A stretch of 64,000 nucleotides of DNA from an uncultured archaeon (GCA_964493715.1 CAZBPC010000002.1:32001-96000), one strand, 5' to 3'; shown: positions 31,619 through 42,939, counted from the first letter of the stretch. Program-made: numbers and translations. The notes: generated by a model from the letters alone, not told the origin.

Positions 31619-31690
31619 TTACCATTTTCTTTCTTAAGATAAAATAAAACTAATTCGAAAACACTATCTATTTATTTTAATGTAGAAAAA

Positions 31691-32506
31691 ATGAAAGTTG
31701 AAATCCGGGAAGCTAAAAGTATTATAACTAAAAGTAATATCCCTTCAATAGATTATGTGATAAATCCATATACAGGGTGCCAACATGGTTGTATTTACTG
31801 CTATGCGGAATTCATGATTAGGTTTACTGGTCATAAAGGAGAGAAATGGGGCGCTTTCTTAGATGTTAAAAATTATGACTTTGGAAAGATTAAACCTTCA
31901 AGATATGATGGTAAATCAATTCTGTTAAGTTCTGTGACAGATCCATATTTACCATTAGAAAAGAAATATCAAAATACCAAAAAGATTTTAGAAAGTCTTG
32001 TTGGAACTAGTGCTAATATTCAAATCCTTACAAAATCAAAATTAGTAACCAGAGATATAGAGTTATTCAAAAAATTTGAAAACATAAAAGTTGGAATTTC
32101 GATAAACACATCAAGCGATAATTTTGCCAGAATTATCGAACCCGCTGCGTCTAAACCTTCAGAAAGATTAAGTGCAATAGAGCAAATTTCTAGAGAAAAT
32201 ATAGAGACTTATGTATTTGTGTCCCCCTTTTTTCCAGAAATTACTGATTTTAAAGCTATATTAGAAAAAGCTGAGAATTATACTAAGAATTTTATTTTTG
32301 AAAATTTAAACTTTAGACCCCATAATGTTCCAAGAATTTATCAGATAATTGATAAGTATTATCCAACATTACTCCCTAAATATAAAAAAATTCGACAAGA
32401 TCAGAGTTATTGGGACTTTGTTGAATTAGAAATTAAAGAATTCTGTGAAAGTAAACAACTTAATTATGAAATTGAATTTCATCATGGTGGATTTTCAAAA
32501 AGCTGA
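31691..32506 (+). CDS. Radical SAM protein, spore photoproduct lyase-like (Rv2578c family)
   Basis: INPYTGCQHGCIYCYA, SSVTDPY.P.E and ILTKS motifs. Confidence 0.88.
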   Translation: MKVEIREAKSIITKSNIPSIDYVINPYTGCQHGCIYCYAEFMIRFTGHKGEKWGAFLDVKNYDFGKIKPSRYDGKSILLSSVTDPYLPLEKKYQNTKKILESLVGTSANIQILTKSKLVTRDIELFKKFENIKVGISINTSSDNFARIIEPAASKPSERLSAIEQISRENIETYVFVSPFFPEITDFKAILEKAENYTKNFIFENLNFRPHNVPRIYQIIDKYYPTLLPKYKKIRQDQSYWDFVELEIKEFCESKQLNYEIEFHHGGFSKS

Positions 32507-32858
32507 GTTAATGTATTAATGTCATTATGAAATAATAAGAAAGAGAATTATTATGAACAAGATTCTTTTTTAAGGACCTCCTTCATTCCTTTATTTTTTC
32601 AAATTAATAATTGTCACAATTTTTTGTACAAAAAGCAATGTATTGGAGAATTGAATCAAAATGTATGTATTATAAAAACAAAATATAAATTATTTGATTT
32701 ATTACTTCTTTTTAACAGAATTAAAATACAAGAAAAAATTAACGCAAATAAAAATCTGTATTCAGAAGTGTTTAGGTTCTGATTAGAGTTTTGCGGTTTA
32801 TACAATTCCATAATATTTGAGCTAACATCTGTTGTAATATAAAGAAGGTGCATGAGAA

Positions 32859-33575
32859 ATGTTCAGTCAACAAGGTCGTGGATATGATATGGCTATAACG
32901 CAATTTTCGCCTGAAGGAAGATTATTTCAGGTAGAATATGCTATTGAAGCCGTTAGACGCGGTACTACTGCTATAGTTTGTACCAACAAGCATTCTGTTG
33001 TATTTGCAGTAGAAAAGAAAAGTTTAGAACTTCAAGAGGTTCGCGGTTCAGAGAAAATTTTTAAGATTGATGACCATATTGGTGTAGCTATTGCTGGACT
33101 CACGGCAGATGCCCGCGTGTTGGTTGACCGTGCAAGAGTTCAAGCACAAGTTAATTTATTAAATTATGATGAAAAAATTTCAGTAAAAGATTCAACCTTG
33201 AACATATGTGAATATCTTCAAATGTTTACCCAGAATGCTGGGGTTAGACCTTTTGGAGTAAGTCTTCTGGTTGCTGGAATTGATTCAGATGGAAGCACTT
33301 CCTTATACTTAACAGATCCAAGTGGAGCAATGTGGGGATATAAAGCTTTTGCGATAGGGGCAGGTGCAAATGAAGCAAGAGCATACCTTGAAGAGAATTA
33401 TAAAGAAGATATGAGTGATGAAGAATTAAAATTATTACCATTACGAACTTTAAAAGAATTAATGGGTGAAAATTTAACATCACGCACATGTGATGTAACT
33501 TATATTTTGAAAGATGATGTGAAGTTTAAATTATTGAGCGTTGAAGAAAAAGAAGAATTATTAGGTATGCTATAA
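32859..33575 (+). CDS. psmA: Proteasome alpha subunit
   Basis: GYDMAITQFSPEGRLFQVEYA and RPFGVSLL motifs. Confidence 0.97.
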   Translation: MFSQQGRGYDMAITQFSPEGRLFQVEYAIEAVRRGTTAIVCTNKHSVVFAVEKKSLELQEVRGSEKIFKIDDHIGVAIAGLTADARVLVDRARVQAQVNLLNYDEKISVKDSTLNICEYLQMFTQNAGVRPFGVSLLVAGIDSDGSTSLYLTDPSGAMWGYKAFAIGAGANEARAYLEENYKEDMSDEELKLLPLRTLKELMGENLTSRTCDVTYILKDDVKFKLLSVEEKEELLGML

Positions 33576-33681
33576 TATAGAAACATCCTCAAGGTAACCC
33601 TTTATAATTATAATCAATAACATAGACAAAGAATAGACGAGATAAAAATTTATAATTAAAGAGCAATATTTGATAAAGCGT

Positions 33682-34473
33682 ATGATTGATAGAGCAAGAA
33701 TTGATTTAGGTGGATATATCATTGGACGCATCGAAAAAGAAGGAAGGACTTTTGAAATGTTATTAGACCAAGAAAAAGCATGGGATGCAAAAAAAATCAT
33801 ACGAGATGAAATAAGCAATAACCTAAAAAGTGGAAGTGATAAATCTCGTCTTTCCGTTCAAGATATATTAAACGACCCTAGAATTTCCGTAGATCTCATT
33901 TTTGAAAGTTTTTCGGTTTTTGAAGATCTTAAAAGAGGAAAAAAAGCTACTGATGGTGATATGGAGGCAGTTTTTAACTCTACTGAGGGCAGGACGATTG
34001 CTGCTCATATTTTATTAGATGGAGAGATTCATTGGACTAAGACACAGAGAGAAGAAGAAAGAGAGAAAAAACTAAAGCAAATAATTACGATTATAAGCAA
34101 GAATGCGATAAATCCACAGAATAAAAAACCCCATCCATATCAGAGAATTGAAAAAGCTATAGAAGAAGCAAAAGTTAAAATCTCTTTGATGAAAAATGCT
34201 GAGGAACAAGTTGAAGATGTTGTAAAAAGTCTACAATCTATTATCCCAATTCGAATGGAACAAGTAGAGATTGCACTTAAAATTCCATCATCATTTACCG
34301 CAAAAGGATATAATGTTGTTGCTCAAATGGCTCAAATTAAAAAAGAAGAATGGCAAGCTGACGGATCATGGGTATCTGTAATTAACATTCCTGCAGGTCT
34401 TCAAATGGAATTGATTGATAAACTGAATAAGCTCACACATGGAAGAGTTCAAACAAAACTCTTAAAATCCTAA
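33682..34473 (+). CDS. Ribosome maturation factor SBDS/Sdo1
   Basis: INPQNKKPHP.QRIEKA, IIPIRME and EEWQADGSW motifs; superoperon context. Confidence 0.93.
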   Translation: MIDRARIDLGGYIIGRIEKEGRTFEMLLDQEKAWDAKKIIRDEISNNLKSGSDKSRLSVQDILNDPRISVDLIFESFSVFEDLKRGKKATDGDMEAVFNSTEGRTIAAHILLDGEIHWTKTQREEEREKKLKQIITIISKNAINPQNKKPHPYQRIEKAIEEAKVKISLMKNAEEQVEDVVKSLQSIIPIRMEQVEIALKIPSSFTAKGYNVVAQMAQIKKEEWQADGSWVSVINIPAGLQMELIDKLNKLTHGRVQTKLLKS

Positions 34474-34558
34474 ACTTTCGTAGTTTAACTAATTTTTTTA
34501 GCGCTATATTTTTTCATTTAGACAAAAGAAAAAACGTAAAGAGTGTGAAATTATACAA

Positions 34559-35389
34559 ATGAGTTTTAAAGATGAAGAACAAAGACTTAAAGATGATAAT
34601 CAAGAAGAAGAGGCGGTAAATACTGAAGAAGATTCTGATCCTGATGAATTTGAGGATGAGGAAACCACTCGTAATTTAGTTGTACCAGGTGAAATCCTTA
34701 CTACAGATACAAAAACTTACTTACCCGGAAGAGGAACAATACTTAGTCAGGATCGCTCTAAAATAATATCACTTAATATTGGATTAAAACAAACAAAAAA
34801 GAATTACATCAACGTTATCCCTCTAAGAGGATTCTATACTCCACGTCCCGGAGATAAAGTATTAGCATTGGTAATTGATAAAAATCCTGTAAAATATAGG
34901 TGTGATATTAACGCTAAAGATGATGCTATTCTTAAACCTAAAAATACAATGAAACGGGGGAGAATATCCAGAGGAATGAGAGGAGGTCCTCCAGATCGTG
35001 ATAATTCAAATGCTGAAATGTATGATATTGGGGACATATTGATTGCCAAGATAGTCTCTGCAGATAGATTAAATGCCCCTGAATTAACTACCGTTGGTAA
35101 GTATTTAGGAAAAAAGAATAATGGGATTGTTATATCAATTGATCCCCCAAAAATTCCTCGTGTTATAGGAAGAGACGGATCTATGATTAAAAATTTAAAA
35201 AATTTAACTAAAAGCACAATTTTCGTAACACAAAATGGGCGTATCTGGTTAAAAGGTGAAGATATTGCTCACGAGCGATTATTAATTGATGCAATAAGAA
35301 AAATCGAACGAGAAGCCCATACAGTTGGATTAACAGATAGAATGGTAGATTATATTGAAAATGAAAAAAAAAAGAGAGGTTTGAAATAA
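34559..35389 (+). CDS. rrp4: Exosome RNA-binding subunit Rrp4
   Basis: VVPGE, S1 + KH domains (KIPRVIG), EAHTVGLTDR. Confidence 0.94.
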   Translation: MSFKDEEQRLKDDNQEEEAVNTEEDSDPDEFEDEETTRNLVVPGEILTTDTKTYLPGRGTILSQDRSKIISLNIGLKQTKKNYINVIPLRGFYTPRPGDKVLALVIDKNPVKYRCDINAKDDAILKPKNTMKRGRISRGMRGGPPDRDNSNAEMYDIGDILIAKIVSADRLNAPELTTVGKYLGKKNNGIVISIDPPKIPRVIGRDGSMIKNLKNLTKSTIFVTQNGRIWLKGEDIAHERLLIDAIRKIEREAHTVGLTDRMVDYIENEKKKRGLK

Positions 35390-36151
35390 ATGCCGTTAGT
35401 AATTAATGATGAATATCCTGAAAAGTTATTTCGTGATGATGGAAAAAGGTTAGATGGGCGAGATAAGACTGAATTAAGACCGATTAAAATGGAAGTAGGC
35501 GTTATAGAGAATGCAGATGGTTCTGCTTATTTGGAATGGGGAAATAATAAGATTTATGCAGCTGTATATGGTCCACGAGAAGTACACCCGCATCATTTAG
35601 CCAAACCTGATAGTGGAATTTTACGCGTCTTTTATAGAATGACAACATACTCCGTATTCGAGAGAAAGCGACCTGCTCCAGGTCGTAGAGAAAAAGAGAT
35701 TTCTATGGTGATAACTGATTGCTTGAAACCACTTTTATTTCTAGAATTATATCCCGGCACATCTTTCGAAGTTTTTATTGAAGTTATGGATGCTGACGGT
35801 GGAACAAGATGTGCAGCAACTACAGTAGCAGCTCTAGCTTTAGCAGATGCAGGAATTCCGATGAAAAGTTTGGTGACAGCAGTAGCTGTTGGAAAGATTG
35901 ATAACGAATTAGTCGTGGATCTATCAGGTATCGAAGATAAAGCAGGACAAGCGGATTTGCCATGTGCTATAACATGGTTTAATGAAGAATTATCTTTATT
36001 ACAGTTTGATGGAGATATGAATCTTGAAGAAATGGAAGAATTTCTGTCATTAGCAAAATCTGCCTTATCAGATATATACGAAATACAATTAGCCGCCTTG
36101 AAAAAGAAATACATTGACATTCAAGAAGAAGTTAGTGGAGGTAATAGTTAA
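35390..36151 (+). CDS. rrp41: Exosome subunit Rrp41
   Basis: RLDGR..ELRPI, AVYGPRE and ADGGTRCA motifs. Confidence 0.96.
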   Translation: MPLVINDEYPEKLFRDDGKRLDGRDKTELRPIKMEVGVIENADGSAYLEWGNNKIYAAVYGPREVHPHHLAKPDSGILRVFYRMTTYSVFERKRPAPGRREKEISMVITDCLKPLLFLELYPGTSFEVFIEVMDADGGTRCAATTVAALALADAGIPMKSLVTAVAVGKIDNELVVDLSGIEDKAGQADLPCAITWFNEELSLLQFDGDMNLEEMEEFLSLAKSALSDIYEIQLAALKKKYIDIQEEVSGGNS

Positions 36152-36152
36152 A

Positions 36153-36980
36153 ATGATGAATATAAAGCGCGTCATTTCTGCAATAGAAAAGAATTACATA
36201 ATTCAAAATCTTAGAAAAGAAGAACGGTTTGATGATCGAGGTCTATGGGATTACCGAAAAATTTCTATTAAGCACGATGTCATTGCTTCAGCTGAGGGAT
36301 CTGCTGATGTGTCTTTAGGTAAAACAAGAATAGTCACTGGATTAAAATATGAAGTCGGGGAACCCTTTCCAGATATGCCTAATGAGGGTGTATGTACAGT
36401 TATGGCGGAGTTGTTGCCTATAGCATCCCCACTCTTTGAAAGAGGTCCGCCTGATGAACAATCTATTGAATTAGCACGCGTAGTCGACCGAGGAATCAGA
36501 CATGCTGATTGTGTTCAAACTAAGAAATTATGCATAGAACCTAATAAAGCAGTTTACATTCTCTTTGTTGATATGTATGTGTTGAATTATGCGGGAAATT
36601 TAATTGATGCAGGAGGAATAAGTGCGTTAACCTCATTGATATCGAGCCATATTCCAGAAGGTAAAATGGAAGAGGGAAAACTCGTGTGGACTGGGAAATA
36701 TTTAGATGGAGAATATATTGTAAAGGAACTTCCTTTAGTTTTAACTTACGGTAAGATTGATAATATGATCTTTCTGGATCCTAGTTTACCCGAAGAATTA
36801 ATCTGCGACGGAAAAATCTCAATATCTGTAACAGAAGATAAAATCACTTCTATTCAAAAAAGTGGTGAAGCAACATTTTCCTTTGATGAAATAAAAATGT
36901 TAATCAAAAAGTCGATGGAAATAGGTAAAAAATTGCGGAAAGATTTGAACTTTTGGCAATACAAAGTAAATTATGAATAA
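36153..36980 (+). CDS. rrp42: Exosome subunit Rrp42
   Basis: AEGSADVSLG, PFPDMPNEG and IELARVVDRGIR motifs. Confidence 0.95.
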   Translation: MMNIKRVISAIEKNYIIQNLRKEERFDDRGLWDYRKISIKHDVIASAEGSADVSLGKTRIVTGLKYEVGEPFPDMPNEGVCTVMAELLPIASPLFERGPPDEQSIELARVVDRGIRHADCVQTKKLCIEPNKAVYILFVDMYVLNYAGNLIDAGGISALTSLISSHIPEGKMEEGKLVWTGKYLDGEYIVKELPLVLTYGKIDNMIFLDPSLPEELICDGKISISVTEDKITSIQKSGEATFSFDEIKMLIKKSMEIGKKLRKDLNFWQYKVNYE

Positions 36981-37008
36981 TTTTTTTTTCTGTTTTTTGA
37001 TCTTTTTT

Positions 37009-37980
37009 TTAATTTCTAACTTTCCTTAAAGTCTCAAAAGTTCCGTATCCTCCTTTAATTCCATCTAATTCAAATTTTCCAAATGCTTGGACTAATATTG
37101 ATTTATTTCCCTCTTCATCTTTAAATGGTACTGGAATTATAGGTCCGACCTGGGCTTTTAAGTTATGCTCTTCTCCCAGATTATCAATTATATGTAGTTC
37201 AGAACTAATGGGATAAACGCCTTGTTCATCATATTCTTGTTTTATGATGTTAATAGAACGTAATGGAATATTTTTACCATCCTTGAATAAAAATCCACCA
37301 ATAGATAATCTTTCATCATCAGTAACAATTGCAGCTGGATTAATCGTTAAGTTTTCATTAAACCATACAACATAATATAACCAATCCCCCACTCCTGTCC
37401 AATCACGCACTCCATAAGTATGATCCCTCTGACCTATTACTGAATTTACAATGTAATCCTCTTTTCCAATACTAATTTTACCTTTTACTCTTCCTATTTG
37501 TTCCCAATGCTTGTCTCCCGATTTCTTCCCAATTTCTAAAGATTCCGGTGTCATGTATTCACTATATTCGTAAATTTCATTTAGAGGGTTAAAAGTTAGG
37601 TCCATCAATACTTTATTTGATTTGAGAATTAATTTGGGATTCGCTCGGACTTTAGGTAAATTTAAAGGATCAGCAACAAATATCATTGTTCCTTTAAAGA
37701 GGTATTTCCAAGACTCATCATCTTGCCAATTATGGGACATCCCCCCTACGTGTAAATTTTCAGAAAAATTTTTTAGTTTAATCTCTTTATGATATCCTGC
37801 TGCAGATCCATCAGCTAAGAACAGAAAAAAAAAAGTCATTCCCTCACTCTTATTTGGCTTAAAACCAATTCTAGACATTCCTCCTATATTATTGGTTTTA
37901 TCGAAAAAAACAAAATAATAACTTTCATTCCATTCAGGATGATCAGTTAATTTACCTTTATGTATGATTTTTTCCATCAA
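37009..37980 (-). CDS. Hypothetical beta-rich protein (tocopherol cyclase/AttH-like)
   Basis: WNESYYFVF, HWEQIG and GQRDHTYGVRDW motifs. Confidence 0.6.
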   Translation of the reverse strand: MMEKIIHKGKLTDHPEWNESYYFVFFDKTNNIGGMSRIGFKPNKSEGMTFFFLFLADGSAAGYHKEIKLKNFSENLHVGGMSHNWQDDESWKYLFKGTMIFVADPLNLPKVRANPKLILKSNKVLMDLTFNPLNEIYEYSEYMTPESLEIGKKSGDKHWEQIGRVKGKISIGKEDYIVNSVIGQRDHTYGVRDWTGVGDWLYYVVWFNENLTINPAAIVTDDERLSIGGFLFKDGKNIPLRSINIIKQEYDEQGVYPISSELHIIDNLGEEHNLKAQVGPIIPVPFKDEEGNKSILVQAFGKFELDGIKGGYGTFETLRKVRN

Positions 37981-37993
37981 AATCTCTCAATTT

Positions 37994-40690
37994 TCAATTT
38001 AATATTACTTCTCCATTATATCCATTCAATGTAATTACTTGTCCATTTTTAATTAGCTTTCTGGCATTTGTGATATTAGTCACTGCAGGAATACCATATT
38101 CTCTTGACACGACAGCACCGTGTGAGAGAATTCCTCCAGTTTCAGTAATTAATCCTCCAATCTTTGAAAAGATAGGTGTCCAGCCTGGATCTGTTCTTGG
38201 AACTACGAGTATTTCCCCTGAATGAACACTTAAGATTTCATTGACATCATTCAATATGCGTACAGGAGCAGTTATTATTCCATGACTTGCTGGTATCCCC
38301 CTTAATATCTCACTATCTCCACTGAATGGGAATACATCATCATATTCTCTTGAACCTAAAAGGAATTTAGGAGGAATTAGATTTTCATACCTCTTGAATT
38401 CTTCCAATCTCATTTTGATCATTTTCTTTAGATTATTAATTTCGGAAAAATTGTATTTATTATTTATAAGAATCTCTAATTCGAGTCTATGAAAGAAAAA
38501 TATTTCCTTTTCTTCATTTAGTATTTCTTTATCAACTAATATTTTAGCGATCTCCAAAAAAACACTCCTATTTCGGGTAATCCACTTATCAAGGTTAAAT
38601 CGTTGATTTTCTCTAAATATGATATACTTGCGACTATTCTTCAAAATTGTAGAGAATAATTTCCATTTAATAAGACCAAATTTTTGATTTTTAACTTTAG
38701 TCTCAACCAGACTTTGAATTATCATTCTCTGTTTTTCATCATTTAATTCCGATTTATCAGAGAAGCTAAAATTATCTCTAACCAAAGATTTACAAATATC
38801 CAACACCAAATAAGGAGATTCTCTCCATCGAGGGTAATAAATCTCTCTAGTATAACCTCTATCACCATATTCCTCAAGAAAAATGTTCAATGTCTTCAAA
38901 AAATCTTGAGTGATTTTACTAGAATCAGATTTTAAAATGCTATAGATGTTTCGTGAATCATTATTTAAAAAAATATTTCTGAGATATTCAGATTCTTGAA
39001 TAATAGATGCCATTTTATATATGCTTTCATTTGTTAAAGTTAATTTATGTTCGAGGCCAGAAATTAAGATTGGGAAGGTCTTTTGGCACTCTTCTTTACC
39101 TAAGAATCGATTAAGGAGATATTGAGTCAATAAATTCATGCCGATATTATGTACTGGTATACCATACCTAACTAATCTAAAATGTGCAATCATTATTTCA
39201 TCCAATTCGTCTATTAAATGCAGCAGATTAAGTTCATCACTTGTTTTTATGATATTTTCCATTTTAATATCAAATAATTTTAAATAAGGATCAAATACTT
39301 CATTTGTCCAATTTTCATATACTTCTGCAGTTCGTGACATTGCTCCATCAGGATCATGAAATTTTACTCTTAATTGAGCAATTAAATAACTTTTAAGATG
39401 GAAGGGAAGCTTCTTAATGGTTTCCTTTCCAAATGGACCAGACCCATCGGGAAAATAATTCAAAACATCTTCAAATCGCATAAAAGTAGGGATTTCATAT
39501 TCTACTTTGCTTTTCAATACGTTCAAATTAAAGTACACATGACTCTTGAATAATTTGAGCAGTCGAAAATCCATCTTTCGATAACCCATAATGCTATTTA
39601 ATTCTACGTTTACTATGTTCGTAAGATGATTTCCTAATAGATCAAAAAATAAAGGAGAAGTATTATCATTCCAATAATCATCCGAATAACCTCTACTCCA
39701 TAAAATTTCTTCAGTATCAATTTTATGCCTCAAAGAAGTAATTGGTCTAGATTGCACAATATTTATTCTTGAATGATTGTCTATAACCCATTCTATATCT
39801 TGAGGATTCCCTCCAAACGCTTCTTCTAAATCAATTCCTATTCTTACTAATTTAATTATTGTTTGGTCTGAAAGAGAAACTCTATTCCTTTCAAAATCAG
39901 ATACTTCATTAAATTCTACACCTATTTCATTGGATTTTGGATTAGCCACAAGATTTTTGAAGCCAATTTTTTTGTTTAGAATTTTAAAACCTTTTATTTT
40001 ACCTAATCTCTTAATTAGGAATTGATCTGGACTAACTCGTCCAGAAACAATAGATTCTCCTAACCCAAAATTTGATTCAATAACTAATTCAGATTTTTCT
40101 GACGTTAGAGGATTAGCTGTAAATAAAATCCCAGAACTATTTGCTTGAACCATTTTTTGAATAATTACAGCGATCTCTGGTTCTTCATGAGTTAAATTAT
40201 TATTAAATCGATAATTGAGAGCACGTTCACTCCAAAGTGAAGCAAAACATTTTTTAATATGAAAAAAAATTTGTTCCATTCCTTTAATGTTAAGATATGT
40301 ATCATATTGACCCGCGAAAGAAGTATTCGGTAGATCTTCTAATGTTCCAGATGAACGGATAGCAAGAGGCTCATTATTAAAGAGATCTAAATTTGTTTTA
40401 ATTTGTTCTACTAAGCGATCTTGTAATTTACCATTCTCAATTGCAGCAATAATCTTGCTTGATAGATTTTTTATTGATTGGGAATTTTTTCCATCAAATG
40501 AATTCAAATTTTGATCAATCAATTCAGTTAGGTTATTAAATTCAATAAAATCTTTATAAGCTTTTATAGTCAAAACAAAACCATCTGGAATTGGAAAATC
40601 CTTTTGATTTAAAAAAATAAGATTAGCTGCTTTTGTTCCAACTATATTTGCTGATACTTTATCTTTCGATGATAAGCTTATCGTATACAT
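37994..40690 (-). CDS. PEP-utilising phosphotransferase (PEP synthase / rifampicin phosphotransferase-like architecture)
   Basis: N-terminal ATP-grasp (GTKAANL, RSSG..ED...SFAGQYDT, QSRPIT); C-terminal His domain TDPGWTP..GGILSHGAVVSREYGIPAV. Confidence 0.88.
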   Translation of the reverse strand: MYTISLSSKDKVSANIVGTKAANLIFLNQKDFPIPDGFVLTIKAYKDFIEFNNLTELIDQNLNSFDGKNSQSIKNLSSKIIAAIENGKLQDRLVEQIKTNLDLFNNEPLAIRSSGTLEDLPNTSFAGQYDTYLNIKGMEQIFFHIKKCFASLWSERALNYRFNNNLTHEEPEIAVIIQKMVQANSSGILFTANPLTSEKSELVIESNFGLGESIVSGRVSPDQFLIKRLGKIKGFKILNKKIGFKNLVANPKSNEIGVEFNEVSDFERNRVSLSDQTIIKLVRIGIDLEEAFGGNPQDIEWVIDNHSRINIVQSRPITSLRHKIDTEEILWSRGYSDDYWNDNTSPLFFDLLGNHLTNIVNVELNSIMGYRKMDFRLLKLFKSHVYFNLNVLKSKVEYEIPTFMRFEDVLNYFPDGSGPFGKETIKKLPFHLKSYLIAQLRVKFHDPDGAMSRTAEVYENWTNEVFDPYLKLFDIKMENIIKTSDELNLLHLIDELDEIMIAHFRLVRYGIPVHNIGMNLLTQYLLNRFLGKEECQKTFPILISGLEHKLTLTNESIYKMASIIQESEYLRNIFLNNDSRNIYSILKSDSSKITQDFLKTLNIFLEEYGDRGYTREIYYPRWRESPYLVLDICKSLVRDNFSFSDKSELNDEKQRMIIQSLVETKVKNQKFGLIKWKLFSTILKNSRKYIIFRENQRFNLDKWITRNRSVFLEIAKILVDKEILNEEKEIFFFHRLELEILINNKYNFSEINNLKKMIKMRLEEFKRYENLIPPKFLLGSREYDDVFPFSGDSEILRGIPASHGIITAPVRILNDVNEILSVHSGEILVVPRTDPGWTPIFSKIGGLITETGGILSHGAVVSREYGIPAVTNITNARKLIKNGQVITLNGYNGEVILN

Positions 40691-40914
40691 TTTTTACAAT
40701 CAACATTTTGTAGTTTAGGAAAACTCATTCTATTATCCCAATAAACAGTTTTAATCTCCCCTTCCTTAAAACTCTTTATATATTGACTTCAAGATGGTTA
40801 GGAATTGTCCAAATGAATATTGGTTAAAGAAATAGAAAAATTAATTTATCAATAAATATTTGAAGTATTAATATTGAATTTGTAATATTTTTAATTAAAA
40901 ACTAATGTGATTAT

Positions 40915-41202
40915 ATGCCAAAAAAGAAAGTAACTATAGACGGTCGTTTTGGACCTCGCTACGGTGCAAATGTTAGGAAAAAATGGCGCTTGGTGATGGA
41001 AAAAGAAAAAAGCGGCAAAATTTCTTGTCCTAAATGCGAAACTATTGGATCTATTAATAGAATTTCAACAGGAATTTGGCATTGTCGAAAGTGTGGAGCA
41101 AAATTCACAGGAGGCGCCTATTATACAGAAACCCCTCGTGGAGCCGAATCCTATAGGATTTCAAAACGTAAGCAACGAGAAATAGAAGCTATTGAGGAAT
41201 AA
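40915..41202 (+). CDS. rpl37ae: 50S ribosomal protein eL43 (L37Ae)
   Basis: GRFGPRYG, CPKC and TGIWHCRKCG.KFTGGAY motifs. Confidence 0.96.
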   Translation: MPKKKVTIDGRFGPRYGANVRKKWRLVMEKEKSGKISCPKCETIGSINRISTGIWHCRKCGAKFTGGAYYTETPRGAESYRISKRKQREIEAIEE

Positions 41203-41462
41203 TGGAAAATCAAAAAATTTTTTCCATTGAATCACAAGTAGTTTTAAAATTTTCTAATTCTGATTTATGCAATATAGCTTATCAATCGTTTTTACCAGAT
41301 TTCAACACAAAAGTATCCTCACGTTCAAAAATAACAATGGATAAAAAAAATTCCTCAATGATCTTTAAGATTAATAGTGTTGATATCACTGCTTTTAGAG
41401 CCTCAATTAATGAAATAATAAATTTGGGTCGGATTATTTTAGAAATTTATGATATAATGTAA
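41202..41462 (+). CDS. pcc1: KEOPS subunit Pcc1
   Basis: SRSKI and DITAFRASIN motifs; located after rpl37ae. Confidence 0.85.
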   Translation: MENQKIFSIESQVVLKFSNSDLCNIAYQSFLPDFNTKVSSRSKITMDKKNSSMIFKINSVDITAFRASINEIINLGRIILEIYDIM

Positions 41463-41536
41463 TACTTTTTAAAGTAGTAAATTTCATATTATTATTTACA
41501 TTTTTTCATTCATAATAACTATAAGTGATATCTTAC

Positions 41537-41893
41537 ATGACTATAAATTTAGACCAATTAGATGAGGCCACTAAGAAAAAAATACAAGATCTAAACAATC
41601 TCAGTCGGAATTTGGAAATTTTAACTCAACAAAATTTGCAGATCGAAAACTCGATGAGTGAAGCTTCCCTCGCAATTGAGGAGTTAGAAAAAGCAGACCC
41701 TAATACCATTGTATATAAAAATATTGGTGGAATTATGGTGAAAAGTGAAAGAAACAAGCTACTTGATGAAAAAAAATCACTAAAAATAACACTTGAAATG
41801 AGATCTAAAACGCTTGCTCAAAATATCAATAGAACCAAAAGTAATTTGGAAACTATGCAAAAATCTCTTCAAAACGATCTACAAATTAATTAA
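41537..41893 (+). CDS. pfdB: Prefoldin beta subunit
   Basis: EELEK...VYKNIGGIMVK hairpin between coiled coils. Confidence 0.92.
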   Translation: MTINLDQLDEATKKKIQDLNNLSRNLEILTQQNLQIENSMSEASLAIEELEKADPNTIVYKNIGGIMVKSERNKLLDEKKSLKITLEMRSKTLAQNINRTKSNLETMQKSLQNDLQIN

Positions 41894-41906
41894 CACTGTT
41901 TAGTAT

Positions 41907-42911
41907 ATGTATAATTCTAAAATTGACGAGCTAATTCAATTTTTAAAGGACAAGACGCCTTTAATCACTACTCATAATCTAGTCGATATTGATGCACTCG
42001 CCTCAACACATATTTTCAAGTATTTTCTTAATCAAATTTGGCCAAACAAGAATGTATTCTTAACCTATTCTAAATTCAAGAAATCAACAAAGAGTTTCAT
42101 TTTAAAATTCAATCAGAAATTTCCCAAAATTGATCTATATGGAGACAAAGATTACGATCTTTCTCAAATTGATGTAATAATAATTTTAGATTCAAATAAT
42201 TACAATCAAGTAATTATAAACGGAGTAGAAAATATTACAAAACTGGAAATCCCCTTCATTTTTATTGATCATCATTTAAATTTAAATCCAAATAGCTCTG
42301 CATTTAATTTAATAGATGATACACGATATTCTACTTCAGAAATAATTTATGAATTTTATGCCCAAAAATCTTTAAAATTGTCAACACCTTACATTTTTCT
42401 TCTTATAGCAGGCATTTTAACTGATACAGGTTTTTTTAAATATAGTGATAATGATTCAATAAAACTTATTTCAAGTTTACTAACACCAAAAATTGAGTTC
42501 CAAGAGGTAAAGAAGTTAATAGAAATTGAAAAAGACATCTCAGAGAAAATTGCTGAAATTAAAGGGCTGCAAAGAGTAAAATTAATTCGTGTAGAAGATT
42601 GGTTAATTGGTATAACCCAAGTGAGTAATTTTAGAGCTTCTGTTGCATCTACTTTATTAAACGTTGGATTTGATGTAAGTATTGTATATTCAATCGATAA
42701 AACGGGTATTAGAATAACTACGAGGGCAAAAAATGCTGTATGTCAGAAATCAAGATTGCATCTTGGTAAAATTTTAAATGAATTACATCAAGGTAGCGGG
42801 GGTGGGCATAATGGGGCTGCTAGCGTATATATTAAAGATAAGACTGATGAAATTCTTGATGAATTGATACAAGAAATAAAACAAACTTTAATTAACGACC
42901 TTTCGTTATAA
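41907..42911 (+). CDS. DHH family phosphoesterase
   Basis: THNLVDIDA, IDHH, GILTDTG and GGGHNGAA motifs. Confidence 0.92.
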   Translation: MYNSKIDELIQFLKDKTPLITTHNLVDIDALASTHIFKYFLNQIWPNKNVFLTYSKFKKSTKSFILKFNQKFPKIDLYGDKDYDLSQIDVIIILDSNNYNQVIINGVENITKLEIPFIFIDHHLNLNPNSSAFNLIDDTRYSTSEIIYEFYAQKSLKLSTPYIFLLIAGILTDTGFFKYSDNDSIKLISSLLTPKIEFQEVKKLIEIEKDISEKIAEIKGLQRVKLIRVEDWLIGITQVSNFRASVASTLLNVGFDVSIVYSIDKTGIRITTRAKNAVCQKSRLHLGKILNELHQGSGGGHNGAASVYIKDKTDEILDELIQEIKQTLINDLSL

Positions 42912-42939
42912 ATAAAAGAAAAGTAGACCCGTTAACACG

